From NCBI GenBank assembly GCA_002789955.1, contig PFUG01000609.1, positions 3,635 to 67,634 of the forward strand: 64,000 nucleotides of DNA, given 5' to 3'. The stretch is from Deltaproteobacteria bacterium CG_4_9_14_3_um_filter_63_12 (GTDB lineage: Bacteria; Myxococcota_A; Bradymonadia; UBA4248; UM-FILTER-63-12). Shown piece after piece: positions 1 to 9,049 of the stretch. Both the position numbers and the translations under genes were made by a program. Every line of letters starts with the position of its first letter. The first letter of the stretch is position 1. The notes beneath the pieces are model-generated. The model did no database searches. It was not told the DNA's origin and saw nothing but the letters and a program-made list of their open reading frames with translations.

Positions 1-360
1 CACGCGCACGATCTTGTGAGGTGCTGCATCGGCATGCAGAGCGCTCAGGCCAAGACCAGCGGCGATGGAGACCACCACAGTTGGGGGAACATCGCAGAGC
101 GCTCTCAAACAGGGCAGGATCTGGCCCGGCTTGACGGCGAGCAGCACCACATCGACGTCGGTCGCGGCGGCCTCGGCGCTGGCGCTCACTTCGATCACGT
201 CGGCGCGAGCGTGTCCTTCTGCAAACGCGAGGAGCGAGGCCGTGGCCGTCTCGTTCGCGTCGAAGAGCTGGAGCCGTGAGAGCAACTCCGTGCCGAGCAG
301 CCCTTGCACGATCGCTCCGCCCATTTTGCCACAGCCGATCACGCCCAGTCGCAATTTCAT
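1..360 (-). CDS. proC: pyrroline-5-carboxylate reductase, N-terminal part (runs off window edge)
   Basis: Reverse-complement translation from the ATG at 360 gives MKLRLGVIGCGKMGGAIVQGLL...VVLLAVKPGQ...VVSIAAG, a Rossmann GxGxxG motif and ProC-like blocks. Its ATG overlaps the yggS stop as ATGA. No stop codon is reached before position 1. Confidence 0.7.
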   Translation of the reverse strand, partial: MKLRLGVIGCGKMGGAIVQGLLGTELLSRLQLFDANETATASLLAFAEGHARADVIEVSASAEAAATDVDVVLLAVKPGQILPCLRALCDVPPTVVVSIAAGLGLSALHADAAPHKIVRV

Positions 361-1064
361 CTCATCCCCCTTTCTCTGGCGCCGAAGAGCGCGGTGCCGA
401 CTCTGATGTGGGTCGCTCCCTCCTCGATGGCCACCTCGAAATCGCCGCTCATGCCCATGGACAGGATGTCCAAGCGGCGAGAGGGCGTCCGCTCAGCATT
501 GAGCGCCTCGAGCAAGGCCGCAAGCGTCCTGAAGTTGGCTCTCTGCAAGGCGGTGTCGTGAGTGGGTTCGGGGATTGCCATGAGCCCTCGAAGCTTGAGG
601 CGCGCCTCAGCGTCGATGGCGTCGAGCAAGACGCGCAAAGCCTCGACCGAGGTGCCCGCCTTGGTGAGCTCGGCGGACAGGTTGAGCTCCGCCAAGACGT
701 CCAAGACGTCTTCCGTCTCTCGTTTGGCGGCCAGCGCGACCGCGAGCTTCGGTCGGTCGACGCTGTGCACACAGGCGACAGGACCAGTGGCGACGAGCTT
801 GGCCTTGTTGGTTTGGAGCGCGCCGATGACATGCCACTCGATGTCGGCGGGGAGCGCTTTGGCCTTCTCCAGCCACTCCTGCACATAGTTCTCGCCGAAG
901 ACGCGCAAGCCCAGGGCGTACGCTTCTGCGACGGCCTCGACCGGCTGCCCCTTGCTGACGGCGATGAGGGTGATCGCTTCGCGCGGCCGTCCGGCGCGTG
1001 CGCAAGCTTCGCGGATTCTGCGCTCGACCTCGTCGAGTCTGCTGGTCATGCTCTCGAACTTCAT
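357..1064 (-). CDS. yggS: YggS-family pyridoxal-phosphate homeostasis protein (alanine racemase N-domain fold)
   Basis: Translates as MKFESMTSRLDEVERRIREACARAGRPREAITLIAVSKGQP...ALQTNKAK...HIRVGTALFG, the typical YggS/PLPHP pattern. I chose the internal ATG at 1064 rather than the longest ORF, which extends to 1202. Confidence 0.75.
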   Translation of the reverse strand: MKFESMTSRLDEVERRIREACARAGRPREAITLIAVSKGQPVEAVAEAYALGLRVFGENYVQEWLEKAKALPADIEWHVIGALQTNKAKLVATGPVACVHSVDRPKLAVALAAKRETEDVLDVLAELNLSAELTKAGTSVEALRVLLDAIDAEARLKLRGLMAIPEPTHDTALQRANFRTLAALLEALNAERTPSRRLDILSMGMSGDFEVAIEEGATHIRVGTALFGARERGMR

Positions 1065-1092
1065 GAGTCTCCGTGGCCTATCGCCAAGACGC

Positions 1093-1761
1093 TCAGGGGA
1101 AATCCTGGGCCGCGAACGGGAAGGCCGAGATGGCTCCCATCTTCTTGAGCAGATCGATGGTGTCGCTGAGCGGCAAGCCCACGACGTTGCTGTAGGAGCC
1201 AACGATCTGGGTGACCAGGGCGCCAGCTAGGCCCTGAATCCCGTAGGCCCCTGCTTTGTCAAGTGGCTCTCCTGTGGAGATGTAACGCGCGATGGTCTGC
1301 TCGCTCAACTTGCTGAAGGTCACGCGGGTCTTGATGGCGACCGAGTCGTGGAGGTTGGTGCGTCGGTCGAGCACGGTGACGCCGGAGTAGACCGTATGGG
1401 TGCGCCCGCTCAATTTTCTGAGCATGACCACGGCCTCATTGGCATCGAAGGGCTTCCCCAGCTGCTCGCTGCGAATAACGACGACGGTGTCGGCGGCGAT
1501 GACAAAGGGGTTTTGGTGTCCAGTCGCAAACTCATCGCGCAGCCAGCGGCTGCGTCGGGCTGCGTCGGCACACTTGAGCAAACTGAGTCGCACGACGGCG
1601 CGGTCAGGTCCCTCCTCTCGATTGAGGGTTTCGTCGACGTCGACAGGGACGATGACGGGCAAGAATCCCAGACCTTCCAGAGCCTCCTTGCGCCGCGGCG
1701 AAGCGCTCGCCAAGCAAATCCGCCTCGGGTCGAAGAGTGGCTGTTTTCCCTTGTCGGTCAT
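1093..1761 (-). CDS. maf: Maf-like nucleoside triphosphate pyrophosphatase / septum formation protein
   Basis: MTDKGKQPLFDPRRICLASASPRRKEAL...IAADTVVV...AYGIQG are hallmark Maf blocks. The longest ORF runs to 1980, but the Maf domain begins at the M at 1761. Confidence 0.75.
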   Translation of the reverse strand: MTDKGKQPLFDPRRICLASASPRRKEALEGLGFLPVIVPVDVDETLNREEGPDRAVVRLSLLKCADAARRSRWLRDEFATGHQNPFVIAADTVVVIRSEQLGKPFDANEAVVMLRKLSGRTHTVYSGVTVLDRRTNLHDSVAIKTRVTFSKLSEQTIARYISTGEPLDKAGAYGIQGLAGALVTQIVGSYSNVVGLPLSDTIDLLKKMGAISAFPFAAQDFP

Positions 1762-1982
1762 GTGATCTGCTCGGCGCAGGGCCGCTACTGTGGTGCATGG
1801 ATCCCGCTGCTGCCAGGTGAACACCTGAGCGCTGGGGCCCGCCTCTGGTAGCTCAAATCCCTGCAGAGTCAAGCCACCTGTGTGTTCTTCGTGTGCCGGG
1901 ACGGGAACCCCTTGTGTGCGTGGACTTTCCGCTTGCGGTCTTGCGCAAGACGCCATTTTTCCATCCGACTTCCTTGACACGC

Positions 1983-1994
1983 GAACATCTGTTC
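1983..1994. promoter_or_regulatory. candidate SOS (LexA) operator, GAACATCTGTTC
   Basis: Dyad GAAC-N4-GTTC (Cheo-box form) lies 77 bp upstream of the lexA ATG. It also overlaps a GTTCAG core resembling the myxobacterial LexA motif. Confidence 0.45.
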
Positions 1995-2070
1995 AGTATC
2001 TACAGTGCAGAGGTATGAGTTTGCCACTTTTGGCGGCGTGCTAGGTCACGGAACGAGTGGGAGGCATGGG

Positions 2071-2706
2071 ATGAAGGAACTAACGGATAAGCAGCAGAAG
2101 GTGCTGGATTTCATCGTCCAACGAATCGACGTTGAAGGCTACCCTCCGACTCTTCGCGAGATCGGCGAGTACATGGGGATCGCCTCGACAAACGGCGTGA
2201 ACGACCATCTGCGAGCTTTGGAGCGCAAGGGAGTGCTGTTGCGGGGAGCCTCGAAGAGCCGCGCCTTACGTCCGATGAACCAAGTGAAGAAGGACGAGGT
2301 TGTCAATGGCGAGACGCTGCGGATCCCATTGTTGGGGCGAATCGCGGCGGGGCAGCCGATCACGGCTTTTGAGGACTACGAAGACCAGCTCATGATCGAC
2401 GCCAGCCTGTTCACTGCTGGTGCCGACATCTTTGCCTTGAAGGTGCGCGGCGAGAGCATGATCGGGGACGGCATCCTCGACGGAGACGTCATCTTCGTGC
2501 GTGCCCAGCAGCAGCCGCGTCGTGGCGACATCGTCGCGGCTTTGATTGAGGAGGAGGCGACGGTCAAGCGCTACTACCCCAGCGCCGACCAGATCGTTTT
2601 CGAGCCTTCGAACCCTGCGATGGAGCCCATTGTCGTGAAACGTCGGGATTTCCGCGAGACGCAGATCCTCGGTGTGGTGGTCGGAGTCTTCCGACAGATC
2701 CGCTAG
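2071..2706 (+). CDS. lexA: LexA repressor (S24 peptidase)
   Basis: MKELTDKQQKVLDFI (winged HTH), the AG cleavage site in RIAAGQP, and VRGESMIGDGILDGD...KRY Ser/Lys catalytic blocks. RBS GGGAGG sits before the ATG at 2071. Confidence 0.9.
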   Translation: MKELTDKQQKVLDFIVQRIDVEGYPPTLREIGEYMGIASTNGVNDHLRALERKGVLLRGASKSRALRPMNQVKKDEVVNGETLRIPLLGRIAAGQPITAFEDYEDQLMIDASLFTAGADIFALKVRGESMIGDGILDGDVIFVRAQQQPRRGDIVAALIEEEATVKRYYPSADQIVFEPSNPAMEPIVVKRRDFRETQILGVVVGVFRQIR

Positions 2707-3054
2707 TGTAAACCGTCATGACTCTCCATGTTTATTGACTGCAAGGAGCGCCCCCCAATCCTCAGGAATTCTTCAAAAATACCGGCATGTTGTTGATTAC
2801 AGAAAAAAGAAAGTCATTGGGGGTCCGGGGGACAAAGTCCCCCGGCGGGTCAGGGCAGAGCCCTGCTTCCCTGAAAGGCCACGCTCATAAGCACGGACAC
2901 ATGTGAAGCGTTACACTAGCTCTCTTTCAGCGTTCTCGACGGCTTTGCGGTGGTCCGTGTCGGGATCAGGGACGGGAGCGTGAGTGTGGCCAATCCTCTC
3001 ACTTTTCGCTCCCTCTCCGCGAAAAGAAAGTCGTGGAAGCCGTCTCGAGTGTCC

Positions 3055-3084
3055 GTTGACAGTCCATGATCACCGCTCTATATG
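3055..3084 (+). promoter_or_regulatory. candidate sigma70-type promoter for the nuo operon (TTGACA-N18-TATATG)
   Basis: TTGACA at 3055-3060 and TATATG at 3079-3084, about 130 bp upstream of nuoA. Motif match only. Confidence 0.3.
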
Positions 3085-3212
3085 TTACGTGCCTTTGAGC
3101 GCCAGAAAACACGCGTGCGGGCAAGGATTTCTCAATCAGACCCGCGACCCTTTGTCGCGATCCAGTCTCCATCCCCGTCGCTTTCGCGAGCGGGATTCGA
3201 CGTTGAGAGCCG

Positions 3213-3584
3213 ATGTACGAGCAATACTATCCAATCGCTCTGGTCTTTGGCTTTGCAGGTGCGCTGGTCACCTTCATCGTGTTGTTGTCGACCTTTGTCG
3301 GCCCCACGAAGGTAAATCGAGGCAAGTACAAGACCTTCGAATGTGGTTCAGACCCAGTTCATGACGTGCGACAGCGCTTCAGCGTCAAGTTCTACGTGGT
3401 CGCTATCATCTTCATTCTATTCGACATAGAGACCGTCTTTCTCTACCCGTGGGCCGTGCTCTACAAAGAGTTCTCCATGGCTGGGCTGGCGGCGATGATG
3501 TTCGTCGAGATGCTGCTCTTTCTCTTGGTGCTCGGCGTAGGGCTCGTCTACGTTTGGAAGCGGGGTGCGCTAGAATGGGACTAG
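3213..3584 (+). CDS. nuoA: NADH-quinone oxidoreductase subunit A
   Basis: 123 aa with 3 TM segments. [13 protein letters not shown]...[12 protein letters not shown]...[12 protein letters not shown] are NuoA/ND3 signature blocks. Confidence 0.9.
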   Translation: MYEQYYPIALVFGFAGALVTFIVLLSTFVGPTKVNRGKYKTFECGSDPVHDVRQRFSVKFYVVAIIFILFDIETVFLYPWAVLYKEFSMAGLAAMMFVEMLLFLLVLGVGLVYVWKRGALEWD

Positions 3585-4090
3585 AAACCAAGTTGCCCAA
3601 TGTGGTCACGACCAAGCTCGCGACGGCGGTCAACTGGGCAAGGAAATACTCGCTGTTCCAGTATCCATACATCACTGCATGTTGCGGCATGGAGTACATG
3701 TCCGTGGCGTGCTCGCGCTATGACATCGCTCGGTTCGGCGCGGAGATTCCCCGGTTCAGCCCACGCCAAGCAGACCTGCTCCTGGTCGTAGGGACAGTGG
3801 GGCACAAGCTCGCACCGTTTCTGCGCCGGGTCTATGAGCAGATGGCAGAACCCAAGTGGGTGGTCGCCTTCGGCGCTTGCGCATCGACGGGCGGATTCTA
3901 CGACAATTACGCGGTAGTCCAGGGGATCGACAAGATCATCCCAGTCGACGCCTACATCCCAGGGTGCCCTCCTCGTCCGGAACAAGTCCTCGATGCCCTC
4001 ATGGCGTTGCAGGAGAAGATCGCGAAGGAGCCTTGGGAGAAATACGATTTCGAGGCGAAGCTAGAAGAGAAGCGACGCCAGCAGGGCTAA
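3575..4090 (+). CDS. nuoB: NADH-quinone oxidoreductase subunit B (N2 [4Fe-4S])
   Basis: Translation includes ...CCGMEYM...GTVGHKLAP...[37 protein letters not shown]. The start at 3575 overlaps the nuoA stop. The longer ORF from 3449 was rejected. Confidence 0.9.
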   Translation: MGLETKLPNVVTTKLATAVNWARKYSLFQYPYITACCGMEYMSVACSRYDIARFGAEIPRFSPRQADLLLVVGTVGHKLAPFLRRVYEQMAEPKWVVAFGACASTGGFYDNYAVVQGIDKIIPVDAYIPGCPPRPEQVLDALMALQEKIAKEPWEKYDFEAKLEEKRRQQG

Positions 4091-4158
4091 AGATCGCTTC
4101 GTCGAACGCCGGCCAGCGGGTTGCCTGACATCGACGAGCGAAGAATACAGGAGCACCC

Positions 4159-4713
4159 ATGAGCAAAAAAGCGCTCAACAGGGTCAAGAAGCAGTTCAAG
4201 AAACAGCTGATCGACACGCACAGCCAGTGCGGAGACGAGACGATTATCGTCGGCAGAGAGTCTCTTCACGAGGTGGTTGCATTCCTCAAGACCGACGCCG
4301 AGACGAGCTTCGACATGCTCTCTGACGTGACCGCTGTCGACTGGCTTGGTGTGCGCGACGACTATCGGTTCGAGGTCGTTTACCACTTCCTGAGCCTCTC
4401 TTTGCGCCAGCGCATGCGAGTCAAGGTGCCCCTCACCGACGCAGACCCCACCATCGACTCGATCAGCGATCTCTACCACTCGGCAAACTGGGCCGAGCGC
4501 GAAGTGTTCGACATGTACGGGATCCGCTTCAACGGCCACCCCGACCCTCGGCGCATGCTGCTTTACGAAGAGTTCGAAGGGCATCCGTTGCGCAAAGACT
4601 ACTCGATCCTGGCCTCGCAGCCACGCATCGACTTGCTCGACGTCGAGCGTCCGACAACCAATCTCTACCAGCCGAATTACGGTGAGTACGGCCTGGCAAA
4701 GGAGGTCCACTGA
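4159..4713 (+). CDS. nuoC: NADH-quinone oxidoreductase subunit C (30 kDa)
   Basis: HSANWAEREVFDMYGIRFNGHPDPRRML is the NuoC signature. RBS AGGAG before the ATG. Confidence 0.85.
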   Translation: MSKKALNRVKKQFKKQLIDTHSQCGDETIIVGRESLHEVVAFLKTDAETSFDMLSDVTAVDWLGVRDDYRFEVVYHFLSLSLRQRMRVKVPLTDADPTIDSISDLYHSANWAEREVFDMYGIRFNGHPDPRRMLLYEEFEGHPLRKDYSILASQPRIDLLDVERPTTNLYQPNYGEYGLAKEVH

Positions 4714-5924
4714 TGGCAGCTGACGTCGCGGGGATCCTCGAGATCGACCAGGATCTTCATACCGAGGCCATGTTGCTCAACATGGGTCCTTCCCATCCCG
4801 CAACCCATGGGACGGTTCGCTTCGTCCTGACCCTCGACGGGGAATCGATTCTCAAATGTGACACCGAGATAGGCTACCTGCACCGCGGCTTCGAGAAGAT
4901 GTGTGAGAGTTCGACCTGGACTCAGGTCTTCCCCTTCACGGATCGACTCAACTACGTGTCGCCGCTGATCAACAATTTCGGTTACGCCATGACCGTCGAG
5001 AAGTTGTTGGGCCTGAAGGTGCCCATCCGCACCGAGTACATCCGGACGATCCTCTCTGAGATGAGCCGGATGAGCGACTATTTGACCTGCCTCGCTGCGG
5101 GTGCTCTCGAGCTCGGAGGCTTCACCGCGTTTCTGTATGCGGTCGAGGGTCGCGAGTTCCTGTGGGACCTCATCGAGGAGGTCACCGGCCAGCGAATGAT
5201 GACGAACTACGGGCGCATTGGCGGCCTGAAGGACGACCTCACCGACGGCTTCGCGGAGAAGTGGAAGGCCCTTGCTCCGCACCTTCGCTACCTCGTAGAT
5301 GCCGTCCACAAGCTGTTGACCCGCAACCGGATCTTTATCGACCGAATGGAAGGGACCGGGATCATCTCGCAGGCGGAGGCCATTAGCTATGGCTTCACGG
5401 GGCCCTGTCTGCGCTCGACCGGTGTAGAGTACGACGTTCGCAAGGCTTTCCCTTACCACGCCTACGACAAAGTCGACTTCGATCTCGTGGTCGGGTCCGC
5501 CGGCGACAACTACGACCGGTACCTCGTACGTATGGAAGAGATCATTCAGTCGATGCGCATCATCGACCAGTGCCTCGACCAGATGGAGCCAGGCCCCATC
5601 AACTGCGACGACCCACGCGTGCTGTTGCCACCCAAAAGCTCGGTCTATAACTCGATCGAGGGCATGATCAACCACTTCAAGCTGATCTTCGAAGGCATCC
5701 AGGTTCCGGCCGGCGAAGTGTACGGCTACGTCGAGGGCGGAAACGGCGAGCTCGGCTACTACATCGTCTCGAACGGCTCTGGCCGTCCCTGGAAAATCAA
5801 GGTGCGGCCGCCGTGCTTCTACCTCATGGGTGGCATGGCCAAGATGGTCGAAGGCGCCATGCTCGCCGATATCATCCCCACGTTTGACACCATCAACCTC
5901 ATCGGTGGCGAGATCGATCGCTGA
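4713..5924 (+). CDS. nuoD: NADH-quinone oxidoreductase subunit D (49 kDa)
   Basis: NMGPSHPATHGTVR...GYLHRGFEKM...RIIDQCL...VRPPCFYLMGG. TGATG overlap with nuoC. Confidence 0.9.
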   Translation: MAADVAGILEIDQDLHTEAMLLNMGPSHPATHGTVRFVLTLDGESILKCDTEIGYLHRGFEKMCESSTWTQVFPFTDRLNYVSPLINNFGYAMTVEKLLGLKVPIRTEYIRTILSEMSRMSDYLTCLAAGALELGGFTAFLYAVEGREFLWDLIEEVTGQRMMTNYGRIGGLKDDLTDGFAEKWKALAPHLRYLVDAVHKLLTRNRIFIDRMEGTGIISQAEAISYGFTGPCLRSTGVEYDVRKAFPYHAYDKVDFDLVVGSAGDNYDRYLVRMEEIIQSMRIIDQCLDQMEPGPINCDDPRVLLPPKSSVYNSIEGMINHFKLIFEGIQVPAGEVYGYVEGGNGELGYYIVSNGSGRPWKIKVRPPCFYLMGGMAKMVEGAMLADIIPTFDTINLIGGEIDR

Positions 5925-5982
5925 GCGGTCACGCTTTACCTCCGTCCTTTTTGGACGGCCATTAGGTGATTGAGAGAAGTCG

Positions 5983-7578
5983 ATGCCCAAGCTGACCATC
6001 AATGGAAAGACCGTTACCTGCGACGCGGGGACTCCCCTCATCGAGGCGGCCAAGCAGGTAGGCGAGCACATCCCGTATTTCTGCTACCACCCGTCTCTGA
6101 CCCGGCCAGCGTCTTGTCGCATGTGCCTCGTCGAAGTGGAGAAAGCCCCCAAACTCATGCCCGCGTGCTACACGACGGTCGCCGAAGGCATGGTCGTCCT
6201 GACCAAGAGCGACAAGGTCATCCGTGCCAGAAAGGCGGTGCTGGAATTTCTCCTGCTCAACCACCCCGTCGATTGCCCAATCTGCGATCAGGCTGGCGAG
6301 TGCACTCTGCAGAACCTGTACTTCGAGTACTCCGCGCAGGAGAGCCGCCTCAAGACGCGCAAGGTCAACAAGGTCAAGGCCTTTCCCATCGGTCCAGAGG
6401 TCGTCTACGACGGCGAGCGCTGTGTGCTCTGCACGCGCTGCGTCCGCTTCTGCGAACAGATCACCAAGACTAACGAGCTGACGACCACTCAGCGCGCAGA
6501 CATGACCGAGATCCGCCCCTTCCCTGGCCGGGAGCTCGACAACGACTACTCCCAGTGTACGGTCGATCTCTGTCCAGTTGGCGCTCTGACGAGCCGTAAC
6601 TTCCGGTTCAAGTGCCGGGTTTGGTATCTCGACACGACCGAGAGCATCTGCACGGGCTGTGCCCGCGGCTGCAGCACTTACCTCGAGCATTTCCGTGGTG
6701 AGGTGCAGCGGTTCCGTCCGCGGACCAACCCGGAGATCAACAGCTACTGGATGTGTGACCACGGTCGTCGCCTCTATCGCGAGCCTCACGAGGACCGACT
6801 CCTCAACCCCTTCATCAAGGGCGTGGGAGCGGTGCCGAGAAACAAGGGGCTGGCCGAAGCGGTCAAACGACTGAAGGCTTTCAGGGACGCAGGCCGAGCG
6901 AACAAGCTGGCGGTGGTGCTCTCTCCGCAAGGAAGCAACGAGGGCCTCTTCTCCCTTATCCGCTTCGCTTTGAAGTACGGCGTCGAGCGCTTCTACATGA
7001 ACGGTAAGCCCGACACCGCCTTCACGCTGCGAAACGAGCCCGACAAGGTCGCGGATGACTTCCTCATCGTGGCCGACAAGAACCCGAACACCACTGGGTT
7101 GCGGCGCCTCGCCGAGGCTTTTGGCATCACGGTCCTTTCCGCGGCTTCGCTCGCTGCCGACCTAGAGTCGAAGAAGGTCGATAGCGCCTTTATTCTGGGC
7201 GCAAATTTCCCCTTGGACTTGGACAAGAAGTCCAAGCTCTGGCAGAAGCTCGAGGACGCAGACCTGGTCATCTTCCTCGGTCAGCGCGCCACGCCTTTCA
7301 CCACGCTCGCTCACGTCTCCCTTCCCTCGTGTTCCTTCGCGGAGAAGCAGGGCTCGTACATCAACATCGACGGCATTCGTCAGGTCGCCAAGGCCGCCTT
7401 TGAACCGCACGGCTTGAGCCAACCGGATTGGAAGTGGATCGAGCGCCTCTCGCTCCGCCTGCAGCTCGGCTGGGAGTACGAGAACTTCGAGGACCTCGAG
7501 GCCGCCGCAAACGCAAAACTTGCCGCTCCACCAGCCAAAGAGCTTGAGGAAGACAAGAACGCACCAGCCCAAACCTAA
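5983..7578 (+). CDS. nuoG: NuoG-like 75-kDa subunit, short form (2Fe-2S plus 4Fe-4S clusters, truncated molybdopterin-like domain)
   Basis: N-terminal 2Fe-2S ferredoxin motif (C...YFCYHPSL...CRMCLVEV), HPVDCPICDQAGEC (N5-type) and CVLCTRCVRFC motifs. At 531 aa it is shorter than typical NuoG (700-900 aa). Confidence 0.75.
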   Translation: MPKLTINGKTVTCDAGTPLIEAAKQVGEHIPYFCYHPSLTRPASCRMCLVEVEKAPKLMPACYTTVAEGMVVLTKSDKVIRARKAVLEFLLLNHPVDCPICDQAGECTLQNLYFEYSAQESRLKTRKVNKVKAFPIGPEVVYDGERCVLCTRCVRFCEQITKTNELTTTQRADMTEIRPFPGRELDNDYSQCTVDLCPVGALTSRNFRFKCRVWYLDTTESICTGCARGCSTYLEHFRGEVQRFRPRTNPEINSYWMCDHGRRLYREPHEDRLLNPFIKGVGAVPRNKGLAEAVKRLKAFRDAGRANKLAVVLSPQGSNEGLFSLIRFALKYGVERFYMNGKPDTAFTLRNEPDKVADDFLIVADKNPNTTGLRRLAEAFGITVLSAASLAADLESKKVDSAFILGANFPLDLDKKSKLWQKLEDADLVIFLGQRATPFTTLAHVSLPSCSFAEKQGSYINIDGIRQVAKAAFEPHGLSQPDWKWIERLSLRLQLGWEYENFEDLEAAANAKLAAPPAKELEEDKNAPAQT

Positions 7579-7715
7579 TTCTTTGTCAGGGGCGCTTGCG
7601 CGGGGCCCCTACGCCGCTTGACCAAGCGGGGCGTTCACTTATAGAAGTGCACACGAGGTCGTCGCTCGAGTCCGAGTCGCATCCCATCCGTCGCTGATAG
7701 AGGAGCATTCACGAC

Positions 7716-9035
7716 ATGCTCGCCGATACCGTCATCATCCTTGTGAAGATTCTGGTCATCCTACTCGGCATCGCCCTCACGGCCGGAGCCTTGCTGACGT
7801 TCGTCGAACGCAAGCAATCGGCGTGGATCCAGAATCGCGTTGGACCAAACCGCGCCAACATCTTCGGCCACATCCGTGGCGACAAGTTCAAAGACTCGAT
7901 CAAGCTTGGGGGTCTCCTGCACCTCGCCGCCGACGGCCTGAAGATGCTCCTCAAAGAAGACATCATCCCCAAAGGCGCCAATCGTGTCCTGCACACCGCT
8001 GCGCCGGCGATCGTGCTCTTTCCCGTCCTCGTCGGCTTCGCCATCATTCCCTGGGCAGACCACTGGTGTGCAGGTGGCCTCACGCTCCTCGTCAACCACC
8101 GAGACGTCTGCCTGAGCGAATCGCACAACCTCTTCTCCATCGCCGACCTCGACGTTGGCTTCCTCTTCGTCTTTGCCATCGCCTCTCTGAGCGTCTACGG
8201 CGGCGCCATCGCTGGCTGGAGTTCCAACAACAAGTTCAGCTTCTTCGGCGGCCTTCGCGCCAGCTCACAGATGGTCAGCTACGAAGTCCCCATGGGTTTG
8301 AGCGTGCTCGGGATCGTCATGATCTTCGGCACCCTGAATCTCAACGAGATCGTCCGCGCCCAGGGAGACCTGCTCTTCGGTGTGCTGCCAGCTTGGGGCA
8401 TCTTCGTTCAACCGCTGGGATTCATCATCTTCCTCACCGCGATGATTGCCGAAAACAAGCGCGCCCCCTTCGACTGCCCCGAGGGCGAGTCGGAGATCGT
8501 GTCCGGGTATATGACCGAGTACTCCGGACTGAAGTTCGGCATCCTCCAGCTCTCTGAGTTCATCGCCGTCATCTTCATTGCTTCCATCGTCTCCGTTCTC
8601 TTCCTTGGCGGCTGGCAGGTCCCGTACCTCTACGGCGACGGCTTCCATATGCCGCACAGCGCGTTCTTCCCGCTCTTTGCGCTTCTCTTCTTCGTGGTGG
8701 GCGGCTACCTCATCGCCGTTGGAGTGCGCCGAGAGCAGATGCTGCAGAAAATTGCTGGAGGCCTTCTCGTGGTCCTCGGCTTGGTCTATGCGGTGATGAG
8801 CACGACCCAAGCCAACGGTGTACAACACCTCCCCTACGAGGGTGTGGTGCTGCTCCGGCTCGGAACCATGTTCGCAAAGGTTATCTTCATGGTCTGGTTG
8901 CAGCTGATGATCCGTTGGACCGTGCCCAGGTTCCGGTATGACCAAATCATGCAGCTTGGCTGGAAGATCATGCTCCCCGCTGCATTGGTCAACCTCCTTA
9001 TCACCGCGATCATCCTGATCCCCCTGTTCAGCTGA
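7716..9035 (+). CDS. nuoH: NADH-quinone oxidoreductase subunit H
   Basis: Polytopic membrane protein with QNRVGPNR...FDCPEGESEIVSGYMTEYSG...RFRYDQIMQLGWK, NuoH/ND1 signatures. It is longer than usual (439 aa) owing to insertions. Confidence 0.85.
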   Translation: MLADTVIILVKILVILLGIALTAGALLTFVERKQSAWIQNRVGPNRANIFGHIRGDKFKDSIKLGGLLHLAADGLKMLLKEDIIPKGANRVLHTAAPAIVLFPVLVGFAIIPWADHWCAGGLTLLVNHRDVCLSESHNLFSIADLDVGFLFVFAIASLSVYGGAIAGWSSNNKFSFFGGLRASSQMVSYEVPMGLSVLGIVMIFGTLNLNEIVRAQGDLLFGVLPAWGIFVQPLGFIIFLTAMIAENKRAPFDCPEGESEIVSGYMTEYSGLKFGILQLSEFIAVIFIASIVSVLFLGGWQVPYLYGDGFHMPHSAFFPLFALLFFVVGGYLIAVGVRREQMLQKIAGGLLVVLGLVYAVMSTTQANGVQHLPYEGVVLLRLGTMFAKVIFMVWLQLMIRWTVPRFRYDQIMQLGWKIMLPAALVNLLITAIILIPLFS

Positions 9036-9049
9036 CGACGAGGTCTTCG

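Noticed and set aside
276-1148. Plus-strand 290-aa ORF overlapping yggS, and similar long antisense ORFs (e.g. 4677-6071, 5962-6930, 19987-21693, 45635-47326, 46291-48636, 55559-57091, 57374-58396)
   Set aside because: They overlap well-supported genes on the opposite strand. Their Arg/Ala/Gly-rich low-complexity translations are characteristic of high-GC antisense frames, and they show no domain patterns.
3449-3574. Longer nuoB start at 3449
   Set aside because: It would overlap nuoA by 136 bp. The conserved NuoB sequence begins at the ATG at 3575, which overlaps the nuoA stop in the usual coupled fashion.
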